From: Camelus ferus
Taxonomy: Eukaryota
NCBI RefSeq assembly: GCF_009834535.1
Contig: NC_045696.1
Span: 28,212,001-28,276,000 of the forward strand
Direction of reading: 5' to 3'
Length of the DNA: 64,000 bases
Part shown: one piece after another, positions 1 through 13,327 of the stretch
Numbering within the stretch: the stretch's first letter is position 1
Layout: each line of letters starts with the position of its first letter
Program-made: the position numbers and the translations under genes
The notes under the pieces: generated by a model
Seen by the model: only the letters and a program-made list of their open reading frames with translations
Databases searched by the model: none
What the model was told of the DNA's origin: nothing

Positions 1-150
1 CCATCATACTATTTTCTAGTGGCTGCATCATTTCACATTTTCACCATTGATGCACAATGGTTCCAGTTTTTCCATATCCTTGCCAACACTTGACCTTTTC
101 TCTTTTATTTCTTTCTCTTTTTTTTTTATAATTGCCATCCTAACAGGTAT
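1..150 (-). mobile_element. L1 ORF2 3' fragment
   Basis: Antisense L1 motifs (ccatcatactattttctagtggctgc...gccatcctaacagg). Confidence 0.7.
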
Positions 151-629
151 TAATATAAAATTAAATTTGATATTTGAGGAAAAGTGGGTGCATTTACCTC
201 CTGATATGAAGAAATCTAAATCTTAAGGAATGAAATTGTTACCTCTGACTCAATCCTATTTCTCATATGCCTTTGTTTTAAAAGGTGACGTTTGTTATAC
301 TGTCAACTCAGGCGAGCAGGTTTTGGGTGGACAGTTAAAGAATTCACAAAAGACAAATTTTAATACTCCTTTTGGTTTCTTTAATGTTTCATACTGTCAT
401 TATCATCTTGGTCAAGTTGAGATTATCTGTTTCTTTCCAGGAAAGGCTAAAACCTATAAAGCTGCAAAATTATCCTCACCAATATAATCATAAGTATAAT
501 CCAACACAATGGCACCAAAATCCATTTTCAATGGTCCACTGAAAATCAAACCTTACTAGCATATCCTGTAGAATTCATTTATTCCTTCATTCATTTGTTC
601 CAAATTTTACAATGAGTTTACTTTTCTCA

Positions 630-862
630 ACACTGTACAATAAATGTTTCTGCGATGATGGAAGTATTCTATAGTGGCCCTATGTGATACATTAGCCACA
701 AGCCATATGTGGCCATTGAATATGTACATGTGACTGTTTCAATTGAAACTTTAAATAATTAAACTTTAATTAATATAATTAAATGTTCAGTTCCTCTGTC
801 ACATTTAAGTGCTCAGGAGGTACCAACAGCTAGTGCTTAGCATATTAGACACAGTAGGTTTA
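630..862. mobile_element. hAT-Charlie non-autonomous DNA transposon fragments (MER3/MER33/MER58-like)
   Basis: ttctgcgatgatggaa...tagccacaagccatatgtggccattga, recognised by eye. Confidence 0.6.
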
Positions 863-869
863 GATGGAT

Positions 870-1290
870 ACACTGAGAAATTGTTCATTATCTTTCTCTT
901 GGTTGGTCAAAGTCTGGTCATTAAAACCAACACATAAATATTGCTTGTAATAAAAGGTAGTACAGGGGAGTGCTAGGACTTACTGAAACACAAATGAAAG
1001 AGAGATGAACTTCCTGGAGGAAAATTAGAGTAATGCTTCAAAAAGGGAGATAACAATTAAGTTATATCTTAAAGGATGATGATAACCTCATGGGTAGAAA
1101 AGAAGCAAGATGTTTTAAGTCAACTAAAAGGCAAAAGCAATGAGTTGGAAACAACATAGTGTGTTGAGGGATAGTGACACAACACCTAAGAGAAGTGAGA
1201 AAAATGGAAAGAAGTTAAGAGTATTCTGAGTCTGAGTGTGAAGGGCAATAAACTGAATAATTTAGACAAAGAGGATGAATAAGTAAGCAT
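870..1290. mobile_element. L2 fragment
   Basis: Purine-rich decayed L2 3' region motifs. Confidence 0.45.
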
Positions 1291-1374
1291 ACATCATGAG
1301 TTTGTTCATTTCCTAAAATAGTACCTTTCCATGATTGGAGTTGTGATAAGGAACATTAATTAAAAGGAATTGAA

Positions 1375-2707
1375 TGGTGTTGGAAAAACTGGACAGCAGC
1401 ATGTAAATCTATGAAGGTAGAACACTCCCTTACACCATACACAAAAATAAACTCAAAATGGATCAAAGACTTAAACATAAGACAAGATACAATAAACCTC
1501 CTAGAAGAAAACATAGGCAAAACATTACCTCACATACACCTCAAAAAATGTTCTCCTAGGGCAGAACACCCAAGGAATAGAAATAAAAGCAAGAATAAAC
1601 AAATGGGACCGAATGAAACTTACAAGCTTCTGCACAGCAAAGGAAACCATAAACAAAACAAAACGACAACCTACAGAATGGGAGAAAATTTTTGCAAAAG
1701 ATGAAACTGACAAAAGCTTGATCTCCAGAATATACAAGCAGCTCACACAACTTAATAAGAAAAAAACAAACAACCCAATCCAAAAATGGGCAGAAGACCT
1801 AAACAGCAATTCTTCAATGAAGACATACAAATGGCCAATAGGCCCATGAAAAAATGCTCAATATTACTAATTATCAGAGAAATGCAAATCAAAACTATGA
1901 TGAGGTATCACCTCACACCAGTCAGAATGGCCATCATTCAAAAGTTCACAAATGACAAATGCTGGAGAGGCTATGGAGAAAAGGGAACCATCCTATACTG
2001 CTGGTGGGAATGTAGTTTGGTGCAGCCACTGTGGAAAACAGTCTGGAGATTCCTCAAAAGACTAATAATAGACTTACCATATGACCCAGTAATCCCACTC
2101 CTGGGCATATATCCAGAAAGAACCCTACTTCAAAAAGACACCTGCACCCCAATGTTCATAGCAGCACTATTTACAATAGCCAAGACATGGAAACAGCCTA
2201 AATGTCCATTGACAGATGACTGGATAAAGAAGAGGTGGTATATTTATACAATGGAATGCTATTCAGCCATAAAAAATGACAACATAACGCCATTTGCAGC
2301 AACATGGATGTCCCTGGAGAATGTCATTCTAAGTGAAGTAAGCCAGAAAGGAAAATAAAAATACCATATGAGATTACTCATATGTGGAATCTAAAAACAA
2401 AAAAAGAAAGAAAGAAAGAAAGAAAAGAAAAAGACTCATGGACATAAATAAAACTTGTGGTTGTCAGTGGGGAAGGGGGTGGGAAGGGACAGATTGGGAG
2501 TCTGAAATTTGTCAATACTGACAGGTATATATAGAATAGATAAACAAGATTCTACAAGATAAACAAGATCTTGTGGTAGCTCATGGTGAAAAAGCTTGCA
2601 ACAATGAATATACGTATGTTCATGTATAACTAGAAAATTGTGTTCTACACTGGAAATTGACACAACATTGTAAACTGACTATAGCTCAATAAAATAAAAT
2701 TTTTAAA
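1375..2707 (+). mobile_element. Young 5'-truncated L1 (ORF2 C-terminus, 3'UTR, A tail)
   Basis: L1 ORF2 peptides ([13 protein letters not shown]...WKQPKCP); TSD aaaaggaattgaa at 1362-1374 and 2708-2720. Confidence 0.95.
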
Positions 2708-3329
2708 AAAAGGAATTGAAATTAATAATAGCCTGGGTGTAATTTGTATTTGTTGTACAGGTCTTTTTTCATTATAATTTTAACCTGTTTGCAGGGAAGC
2801 TTATAAATACAAGATTCTCTTATTGGCTAAGGCAGGCCATTCTTAAACTCTCTTAAATCACTACCCAATGCTCAAATAATCCAAGACTTGATTGGCACAA
2901 ACCGTGTTTGTTTGGTGTCTTGTTGTTCATTGCAGAATAAACTCCTACAGTGAGTCATGTTTCTTCCTTTGATATTTGTAAGTTCATTTCTAAAGTTTGC
3001 CTTTGCTAGAGTCTACAGATAAGGAAAATGTGTCTTTGGGATATTCATTAATATTCTCCATAAAGAACTAAAACTAAAGTAAATGATTATAGGCATAGCT
3101 AAAGGCTCATTAGACATGAACAATTCCCATACCATTTGAAGAGATTATACATTTTGTCATAAAAGGCATTGGCCTATAACTCTGGATGAATGTAAACCTA
3201 TTTTGGTTGAAATCTTAATTAATGCTTTTCATTCTGGTTCATTAACACTGTGATGATTCACTAAGATGATGGTCCACATACCAACCTGGCAGAAATTACC
3301 AGAAAAATGCATCTCAAATGAGGACAGAT

Positions 3330-4500
3330 GCCAAGTAGTCTTATAGGCAAAAAGCAATTAAACCACATATGGAACATTTATATATGATAGTCATATTTCT
3401 TAGCATATGAAAACTAAAATCAATTCCAGGCAGATCAAAGACCTGAATGTAAAAAGCAAAATTTAAGAACTTTTATGACAAAACATGAGAATATCTTATG
3501 ACTTCACCATAGGGAATGATTTCCAAAACAAGATGTAAGAAGGAGAAGCTATAATGAAAAATTTGAAACACAGCAGTTTTTTTTAATAAAAGACACATAT
3601 TTTAAAAAGAAAAAGATAAGATATAGCCTAAGGAAAAATATTTGCAAATATTTGCAAAAATGAATTAGAAAATATTTGCAAATGATGAGGCTAACAAAGG
3701 TTTAATTTCCAGAATATATAAACAGCTCATACTTAACAAGAAAAAACAAACAACCCAGTCCAAAAATGGGCAGAAGACCTAAACAAGCAATTCTCCAGTG
3801 AAGACATACAAATGGCCAATAGGCACATGAAAAAATGCTTAATATCACTAATTATCAGAGAAAGGCAAATCGAAACTACAATGAGATATCACCTCACACC
3901 AGTCAGAATGGCCATCATTAAAATGTCCACAAATGATAAATGCTGGAGAGGGTGTGGAGAAAAGGGGACCCTCCTACACTGTTGGTGGCAATGAAGTTTG
4001 GTGCAGCCATTATGGAAAACAGTATGGAGATTCCCCAAAAGACTAAAAATAAACTTACCCTATGATCCAACAATCCCACTCTTGGGCATATACCCAGAGG
4101 GAACTCTAATTCAAAAAGATACATGTACCCCAACGTTCATAGCAGCATTATGTATTGTAGCAGCACTATGTATCGTAGCAGCACCATACACAGTAGCCAA
4201 GACGTGGAAACAACCTAAATGTCCATCAACAGATGACTGGATAAAGCAATTGTGGTATATTTATACAATGGAATACTACTCAGCCATAAAAAAGAATAAA
4301 ATAATGCCATTTGCAGCAACATGAATGGACCTAGAGATCGTCATTCTAAGTGAAGTAAGCCAGAAAAATAAAGCTAAATATCATATATCACTCATTCGTG
4401 AAATCTAAAAAAAAGAAAAAAAGAAGACACTAATGAAATTATCTACAAAATAGAAACAGACTCGCAGACATAGTAAACAATATTGTGGTTACCAGGGAAA
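3330..4500 (+). mobile_element. L1 fragments (older L1M segment adjoining a younger ORF2 3' end)
   Basis: ORF2 peptides at 3812-4324; older, more diverged L1 sequence at about 3330-3660. Confidence 0.85.
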
Positions 4501-5479
4501 AGGTTAAAATTTAGATAAATATTTCAGTTATTTAATACAACACTATATATGATTGAAGAGTGTACATAAACATGGTAAAATCAACAGGAAATGCATGGGA
4601 ATCATAATAGAAAATTTACAACACTGGTTACCTCCTAGAGGGAGATGCAATCTGAAAAAGTACATGGAGAGCTTCAATTCTATGCTTAATATGTACTTAC
4701 TTAATCTGGGTGGTTGTTTTCAGACATTTGTTTCACTATTTTCTCTGTCTTTGCCCAATAAACATGTCGTAATAATAAAAAGTCAGAATCATTAAAAGCC
4801 CCAGCTACTCCACACAGCAGCACTTAGACTCTAAAGGCCATCTTAGGAACATGATTATCGAAATTCTGCTCTTGACAAGTGTGCCTTTCCTATTCAGGCC
4901 TCTTTTATTTCAGTAAGAATGAATCGCATGATTTAACTTGGCTATACTCTGTGATCAGCTCTTACTTTAAAGCAGCAGTAATCCAAGAGGCCATCCTCAC
5001 AGCTCTCAGTAAGATCTAAAATGTTGTGCTCATGGCTCCTCCCTCAACTGCCAGTCAGCCTCCACATTGAATTGACCTGGCTGAGCTGAGGAATAACCAT
5101 CGTGGTAAACTCCAAGTGCCTGTTTACACCTGGAATGCTTGCTGACATACAGATTCCAGAATCTTACTCCCACCCTGCAATGCACTAAATCTGGTGGGGG
5201 AAGGGAGTTTAGGGAGTGGCATCTGAAGTGTTACTTTTGTTGATTTGGAGGTTTCCTTGGTTCAATGGCCAAAATTTGAGAAATACTGCTTCAAGGAATT
5301 CAGTCTCAGGGTGGAAACGAATAAATGAATGCGATGGAATTTTGGAGACATTATTAAGAAAGGATAAGAAAGAGACATATTTAAATCTATTTGCCTAGTA
5401 TGGAAGTCTTCACAGAAGAGGCAACAACTATTTTGTATTTTCAAAAATAACCCAAGGATCAAGAAAGTGAAAACCATTC

Positions 5480-6330
5480 TGGGCAGAAGTTCTAACATAA
5501 ACAAAAACAGAGAGTAATGAAATAGCCTGAGTGTTTGAGAAAATATAAATTGATTTTCTACATTAATTGATAAAGCTGAAGACTGAAGAGAGGAATTCTG
5601 GGTCCAGATGAGAGAGGACCTTGAGTAATATGACAAGGAGTTTGGACTTCATCATTTGGGCTCTAGTCAGATGATTCTGCAGACATAATGCACACGAATT
5701 CAAGTGGAGCAAGAACGGAGGTGAAGTGATAGCTTAGAAGGCTGATCCTAAGAAACATGGGTGGGAATTAGGGGTGAGTCTGTCTGTAGGAAGATGAGGC
5801 TAGATTCAATGAAATAACATAAAATCTTAATTCCTTTTTTTTTTTTCATTGCTTGAATGTAATGGATGAGGCAGAAGGATACATCAAAGATGAATTTGTC
5901 TGGATGCATAATGTGCTATTTATGACTTGGAAATCCAAGTAAAAGAGCAAGTTTGGCAGGAAGGATAATGCATGTGGCTTCAAATGGTTTCTTTTACTAT
6001 ACTTTCCTTTAAAATATTTGTCATCCATCTCTATGTGGAGATGCCAAGTAGTCCCTTGGCAATAGAAATGTGATAATCAGGAGCAATATATGGACTAAAG
6101 ATATAAAATTTGGATACCATTATTGAAGTAGATAATTATAATTGACAGATAATTTATATAAAATATATGATTTAAATAAAACTCAAATAAGATGGCAGAC
6201 ATTATAACTGGTTGGAAATTTCTGAGATGTGTAAAAACTATGAGTGTTAGAATAAACAGAAATTTCATGGTGGAGGCATAACGTGAACCTCCCCAGACTA
6301 GTGGATTGGGATTGGCCAAGAGAAGGGGAG
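5480..6330. mobile_element. L2 fragments
   Basis: Typical L2 motifs (ggagtttggacttcatc, ggatacatcaaagatga, tggagatgccaagtag). Confidence 0.55.
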
Positions 6331-6789
6331 ACTCTTCCAGATCAGAGAAGCCAGGTGTTCAGAAATGTGAAGGTGGAGGTATACAATTTTGAGCCCAAAA
6401 TGACATGATGGATTATTCTCAGACTGCTTGGTCATATTTGTCCATGCTTTAAAGCGAATGTTAAAGGTTCTGTTTCATCCCTCTTCTCTGACCTCAAAAG
6501 AGGATGATACAGTTGGGGTGGGGGTTACAGGTGGAGCTTTCTGACTAAAGAAATTATGGCTATGCCATCCTTGGAAAGTTACTGTTTATGGAAGGTCAGT
6601 CTGGGGAAAATCTAAAGAATGGTTTGAGTGTGAAAAGGACATTTAGGAGAGTTAGAAATTATGACTGCTGAAACAAAATTCAAAAAATTATATTTTTTTA
6701 TTTAAAAATGAGGGAACAATAATTGGCCCATGGCATGCAGGAAAAGCATACACTATATCACGAAAAGGAGTTTCCAATAGTGAATCCAC

Positions 6790-6945
6790 CCCTTATTTGC
6801 TGAATTGTTATGTATATTTTGATTAATCTCTCTGAGATTCAGTCTCTTCATAAGCTAAAGAAATCTAATAAAGTCTATTTCAAAAGCGTAGTGTGAGGAT
6901 TGAATGAAATATCTTTTGTAACTGGAGTGCCTAACACTGTGTCCA
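6790..6945 (+). mobile_element. MIR
   Basis: MIR core-like tctctgagattcagtctcttcat...gtgaggattgaatga. Confidence 0.55.
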
Positions 6946-9900
6946 CAGTTTTCCCCAGTTACTCTTCTAGGAGCTTTATTTTCTATAGAATTAGGATAAT
7001 TGGCTGGTCTATATAGCACCAATATATTTTAGGTATAAACATGAATGCATCAACAATATTATTGCTCACTTAATTCAACAGCACGTTTAGAGAGAGAAAT
7101 GATCACGTGACCAGGTCATAATTCTAGGCTACTATATGGTATTAGAGTATTTTTAGAACCCACAGATCTCAGAGAAAAAGAAAAATCAGTTGAGTTTTCT
7201 GGGTGATAAGGAGGAGCTCATTCTCTAGTGGAGTGGATGGAACCTCACCTCAAGTTACATTTCAAATGGTGCATTGCACCTGTTCATTTATCAAGCTGCC
7301 ACGGGCTTGCTTTGCTGTCTTGCTTTTTTTTTTTTTTTTTTTTTTCTTTTCTTTTAAAATTCACATCTTTGCAGTCTCGAGTTGCTCAGCCTCATAATGA
7401 AAGCAACATATTAAACCCTGCTTAAATGAAAATAGCTCCTAATATATTAAAGCATAGATGATGCCAAAAGGTGATATCTCACAGCTGAATATAACATTAG
7501 TTTCCAAATAATTGCATGCAAGTGTATAGCTTCCCTTTCATTTCTGATCAATGTTATTTGGATTTGAATTGACTCTATTATATCATAATATAATGGCAAT
7601 TATATAGACCAATACAATTCTCTTTGGAGAGATATGAGGATATTTTTCTTTATTTTATACAAAGAGAAGAGAAAGTCAGCTTTAAACCTATAGGACTCTC
7701 AGGGCAGTTGTCAGTCTCCCCTCATCCCACACTCAGAACTGCGCTGCATCACTGAAAATCACTAAGCCTTTGCAAGATACAGCCTAGAAGATGGTAACAC
7801 TGGTTCAAGGACAGGGGAAGGGAACGGAAGTAAAAGGAAGTAAGCGGGAAAATATAGCAAGCGTGTGATTAACAGCTGTTTTCTGGAGCAAGCCTCCATT
7901 CGGGATCCACAGCTGTGTCATTGTACTTCAGTTCTGCAGATCATACAGGGATAAATTGGAAAATGTATGGAGCAAAAAGATATGTGGAGAAAGGTTAAAG
8001 GAAGCCCCAAATCCATGGCAACAATATTAGGTGAATGCCCTCACTCCTTACTCAGTTTTACCCATTCCCTCTCTTATGGGAAGAAGCTAGATGCCCAAGA
8101 AACAACCAAAGTCCTGCTACTAACTGGATATTTGTTCTGGGTTGCTGCTGTTGATGATTTTGTTTTGGGGGTTTTTTGTTTTGTTTGGTTTTCCCTTTTT
8201 TGAAAGAAAAGGAGAGGGCTGATGGAACACCAACCTACCTACCCTTTAATAACCTCCTGTAATAAAATCAACATGCTTCATGCCTTCCAGCATGCTTTCA
8301 AAAGAGCTACCTGTTCTTTCTCAAGATATAGAAGAGATACAGAGATTGGGGAGGAAAACTGAGCCTTTCAAAATACTAGGTCCTAGGAGCATCCAATTTG
8401 GGCCTGAAAGCTTAGCTGCCAGGCTTCTAATTGGATGCCTAATATATGGGTGGATTCTCACAATATTTTTTAGTATTACATCTTAGTTCCCAAACAACTA
8501 CAATGAAGGGCACACATGTAATGCAATGACATTATCGTCCATGTGTTCAGAGTTGTGTATTTCCTCTGAAAGATCCCCTACAAGCAACCAACATCCCCGT
8601 GTGGACCATTCCAGAATCTATGCTCCTTCTTCCAAGTGCTCAGCGGGGGTTGGTAATCCACCTCCAAATTAAACAGTCTCCCGCCACTACTTGGAAATAC
8701 ACAAACCATTCTCTTCAAAGCCCTTTGTAACACACAGCCTGATAAAATCACTTAAAAGAAACAGGACAGATGACCCAGAGGAGTTTACAAGGTCAGGTCG
8801 TTCCCTGGTGGGGGCGTGAAAGGGTGGGAGGTGCTGAGGTCAGGGTTAAATGACACTGCCAAATGAACCCCCACCCCCACCCCTGCCCTGCCCTCTCCTT
8901 CCTTCATCTCTAAGGAGTCTCCAGTGAGCTCCCGCTTCTGGAAGCCTGCCCCTTCCCTGCCACAGAGAGATTAGGAAGCGCATTTCAAAGCCGCATCTAA
9001 AGCAGTCCACTTAAAAGAGCGAAGAAAAGCCTGGCCAATGACCAAAATCGGCCCAAATCACTTGCTACCTTTCTCCTCTTTGCAGCCTCATTAGCGTTTC
9101 CCTCCTTTCCTCTTCGTCCTCTTTCCCCTTCTGGTTCGGGTCCTTGAGGACGTGTGGCGTGCACCCTAGGGATGTGGGGGTAGCTGCAGCAGCTCTGACC
9201 TGAGGCTGGAATGAGATGCTTTAGCATTTCGTCTGCCTATCCCACCTGTCTGCCTCCAGCACAGTAGTCCCTAGAAGGGTACCCCGGGACCTCTGCGGCC
9301 AGGTGTGCGCGTCCTGCGCTGGCCCCTCGGGGACCTCTCGGCGCGTGGCTGGGCGCTTGCGGGTTCCGCAGGTCTCCCACGCCCGCCGGAGCGGCAGCCG
9401 GCTGCGGCAGCGGACTTGCCCGCCGGGCTCCGCCTGCCTCTCCCCATTGTGTCCGCAGCGCTGCGGGGCTGAACCGCGCGCGCCGCCGCAGCCGCGCCAA
9501 CTCCCGAGCTCCAGGCGGGGAGCGGGAGGAGCCCGGGAGGGAAGAGGGTGCAGGGAGAAGGAGCGAGAAGGGACCCCAGAAGGGCACAGCGTTTCATCAA
9601 TAATACAGAGGCGCCTGGACCTCCCTGCAATACGTTTTCCAGTTAAACGCCACCAACTGGAGAGCTTCCTGGCACGTCCCACGCGTGTGGTTTTTTGTAT
9701 GTGAAAGATGGGACGCACCTTGTTCATTCATCTATCTTTGCTCTCTTCCTCTTGTCTCCCTCAGAAAAAGGACCCCCAATCTTGGCTTGAAATCTCCACC
9801 TTCTCCACATCAGCATTCCATTTCCAAGCAAAAAGCTGTAGGTTGGAAACGCAGGTCTTTAAAGACCTCTGTACATGTTACGAAGAGTTTACCAAAATTC

Positions 9901-10527
9901 ATCTAGTAATGCTGATTTTCAAAGCCCCCATTCTCATCCTCCTTCTTGGAGAATGCTTTCAAAGTTTGGAAGCTCAAATGGCCTGGGACCTGGTGGTTTC
10001 CGCTCAGTCCCCATCATGAAACGCGGTGCGGTCAGACACCGAGATTACGCGGCAAAGTTCCCCGAGCGCCAACCCGGCAGGCCCCTGATGCTAGGAGCAT
10101 CCTAAGAAGCAGTTCTGCTGTTTGTTGCCAGGAAGCCCAAATGCGCGACATAACCTCCCCAAACAAGGATTAACCCAACCATATACAACAGACACAAATC
10201 CCAGAAACTTCTTTGTGAAGCAGATCCAGCCCACACAGAAGGGACAGTCAGCATAACTTGTAAGGAAAGAAACAAACGTCTCATCCCTGCAGGGAAACTT
10301 GTTGAATCCCGCCCGAGCGTACGACTGCAATTTCCGATTTAGCCTGAAGGTTTTTGATTCTACCCCCCAAATACCCCGGTGCACCAGTCACAATTTCAGG
10401 ACAAGCTGCAGAGTCCTTTGCGCACCCATTCTGCACTCCAGCCTCCCCCGATATCAAACCGAGCTTATCACGTTAGACAATTCCAAAACTGGCTGTCGCT
10501 TCCTTTGCCATCATTCGGGAGACTTAC

Positions 10528-10740
10528 CCTTTGATAAGACTGTTCTCAGCAATCTGGCGGCTCGGTGGTGCTGGCGCAGCCCTCCCAACTTTGCTGGGCA
10601 CGGAGACCTTCCCGAGTTTAACCAAGCAAAAAGCTGCCTGCGAATTACAAATTAAGTGTGGGAAATAGGGAGACAGCGAAGTCGCGTTTCTTCTCAGTAA
10701 CAGCACCCTGGAAAAATCCAATCCTTCTTCAGTAGAGAAT
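10528..10740 (-). other. Putative non-coding first exon of the unidentified gene
   Basis: Starts about 25-30 nt after the TATA-like element and ends at a consensus donor AAGG|gtaagt. Confidence 0.55.
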
Positions 10741-10766
10741 TCTTTCGAACCCGTTATCTGGATTAC

Positions 10767-10827
10767 TATTAATGCGCAGAGCAGAGGGCACTGCATGCAA
10801 ATAGGTCCGAGTGCGCCCTTCCATTGG
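10767..10827 (-). promoter_or_regulatory. Core promoter: CCAAT box, octamer and TATA-like element
   Basis: On minus, in promoter order: CCAAT (10823-10827), ATTTGCAT (10795-10802), ATTAATA (10767-10773). Confidence 0.55.
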
Positions 10828-13092
10828 CGGCTGTGGAAGCCCCTGGGTCCTACTGCTCAGGTCCTAAACTACACAGCAGCACCACTCACGCAGCTTCGGG
10901 GCGCGGAGGGGAAAACGCATTTAATTGATTCGTTACCTCTGGTATTGTAATGCCTGCTGCGATGTTTAACGGAGAAAAAAAACCTCGCATTTAAACTCAT
11001 GTCATGTGATCTATCATTTCATACTTGCTTTTAATTGTCTGTGTGGAGTGGCTTTGAACATACAAAGGCTTTTTAAAAGAACGTTTTCTGAGGAAAATTC
11101 ACGCAGATACATTTGGCAGGAAAATCCTCTTTCTGCTCTCTGGTAGGTATTATTCGGATGTATATACAGGAACTATTTATATAGTCAGATATAAATATAA
11201 AGGTCAGTTCTGCCTTTTACTTATATGAAATAACATCTAATTTTACGAAAATGCATGGCTACTCAAAATACTTAAATGGGTTAAAATGGTAGAAGCTAAA
11301 ATATGAATGGTAAGATATATGGGATATATTTTCTGAACACTGCTGAAAAATGCCATCAATAACAAGGCCGTGGACATCATTTCTTTATTTTGCAAAATAA
11401 GAAATTCAGAACTATTTTATTAGTGAGTATTGACACAAAAATATAAATCAACATAAAAATCTTGATAATGTCACAATATGTCAAGCATTCACTATTAATT
11501 GCCACATTTTCTTTTATAGTTTCTCTCTTCGCAAGCCCATTAGTAATGCAAATTGGCACAAGGAGATTTAAAGTGAGGCAGGCCTGGGGTGACTGGCAAT
11601 TTGAAATGTTGTAACATTGTGCAAAAACACTCCAGTACATCATCATTAAAGGTAGCTATCTTAAAAATTAGAATATTAATAGCTGAATCTCAATATATAT
11701 GAATTTAAAGTCCTTAAGTATGCTTTCTCTGACCTTTAATTTTGCGGAAGGAAAGAAATCCTCCTGTAAACTGAAATGACATAGATTTTACCGCGTTTAG
11801 ATGTAAATAATAATGTCAATTTAATTACAAAATTATTATGTCTATAATTTACAGCTCAATGCTATTGGAAAGTGCTACACTGTATTAGGTCAGCAGTAAC
11901 CAACTCATAAATTCACCAGCCATGTGTAAACTAAATCAATGAAAACGCAAAATGCAAAAATACAACAGAATTGAGATCTTATTCCAAACACAGGTATAGC
12001 ATTTGAATTTATGTAGCATGTGCTACGATCCTTCTTCATTTCCATAACTCCTTTCCCTTGTAGCTCCTTCCCTTCCCCCCATCAGTAACCCTTGACAACA
12101 GAAGTGTTACTTCAAGTCCAGGTTGCCTTTGCTGCTTTCCAGACTTAACTTACAGATTACATCCTTGTAGGAAACAGAATTAACTCTTACATGACTGAGA
12201 AGTAAATGAGTTTCCTTCAGGGGTTAGAAAATCCAGTATTTTAATGTATATTTCCAAAGTTTTCACTAAACATACATGTTTGAATGATCCACAACCACTA
12301 ATTCAGAGAGAAAAGATATGATCAATTGTCATGACATCAGAGTCAGTTTGCTGTAGTTCCCCATTACCATTATGTCTCTGGAAGAATCTTCTGGAATGAC
12401 TTCTACTGAGTTATTACAATTACTTTAGCCCAAATTAAGAATTTTTCAATTGACAATAGAGTTAACATAAAAATATCAAGATATTACTATATTCCATGTA
12501 AGAGTTTAAGGGACGTATTATCAGTAAAACAAACAAACAAAAAAGGCTGTTATCTCTTTATCTCTTGTGGTAAGGAAAACACAATGACCACACAAAGTTG
12601 AATGGAGATAATTGATACTCGGTTCTTTTTTAAAACAAGTGTATTACTGGTCTTTCAACTTCCTACTACAAGTGGATTTGAAAAATAATAATCATTTGCA
12701 GTCTTTTTAGAACTGAGAAAAGAGGTGTTCTATTCAGGCAGAGTTTGTACAAGATTAATGCAATTTATCTATGACTAATTTCATAGAGAAGTTGAATGGT
12801 GGACAAATATGATAGTGCACAAAAGTAAATAAATAAATAAAAGCCGGCCTGTTAACACATTTAGCATGCAATCATTTGATGCATTCTTACTTTCTGCATT
12901 AAAGGTTGAGGCAAACATACACCAAGCTAATGATAATCATACATTCAACTTAATAGTTTTTCAGAAAAAAATATATCCTACATCTCTTCAATGAGTTACT
13001 GATGTTTATCCTATTTATTCTTACATGTTATAAGACATAATATAGATTGCACATAATGTATATTTATAAATATTGAAAATATTTTACCTTAC

Positions 13093-13327
13093 TTATGGGA
13101 TACTAGGAAAAAAAAATTTTTAAACAATAATATTGAAGCCACAATAGTTTTCACCATTCCCAGATGTGTAGGAATATCCTTGATCTATTGTTTACTATTT
13201 GAAGTATTGTTGGACCCCTCATTTTGTTGGTGCAGTTTTCAAGGACAATATATGCTCTGTTAGAAACTGATTTCCATTATGCCCTTGGATCATGATGACA
13301 ATGCCTTATTGTGGCTAATGTGAGCAT
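13093..13327 (-). pseudogene. RGSL1-like terminal pseudo-exon
   Basis: KTIDQGYSYTSGNGENYCGFNIIV*KFFFP, compared with recalled C-terminal KSTDKYPFSSGGDNAILRFTLLRGIEWLQP. Acceptor ccaacttttatag| (alternative near 13397); TAA at 13093-13095. Confidence 0.68.

Larger units (their letters stand above)
9110..10950. promoter_or_regulatory. CpG island / promoter of an unidentified, probably minus-strand gene
   Basis: Dense CpG and high GC in an otherwise AT-rich, CpG-depleted window; no repeats recognised within it. Confidence 0.9.

Noticed and set aside
10555..10576. REST/NRSE site (CAGCACCACCGAGCCGCC on minus)
   Set aside because: Only the left half-site matches; the GGACAG half is absent.
8997..10796. 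Many overlapping ORFs in the CpG island as a CDS
   Set aside because: Present in several frames on both strands with Arg/Pro/Gly bias, which is expected from stop scarcity in GC-rich DNA; no recognisable protein.
9110..10950. Naming the CpG-island gene
   Set aside because: No coding exon in the window, and I do not recognise the UTR sequence.
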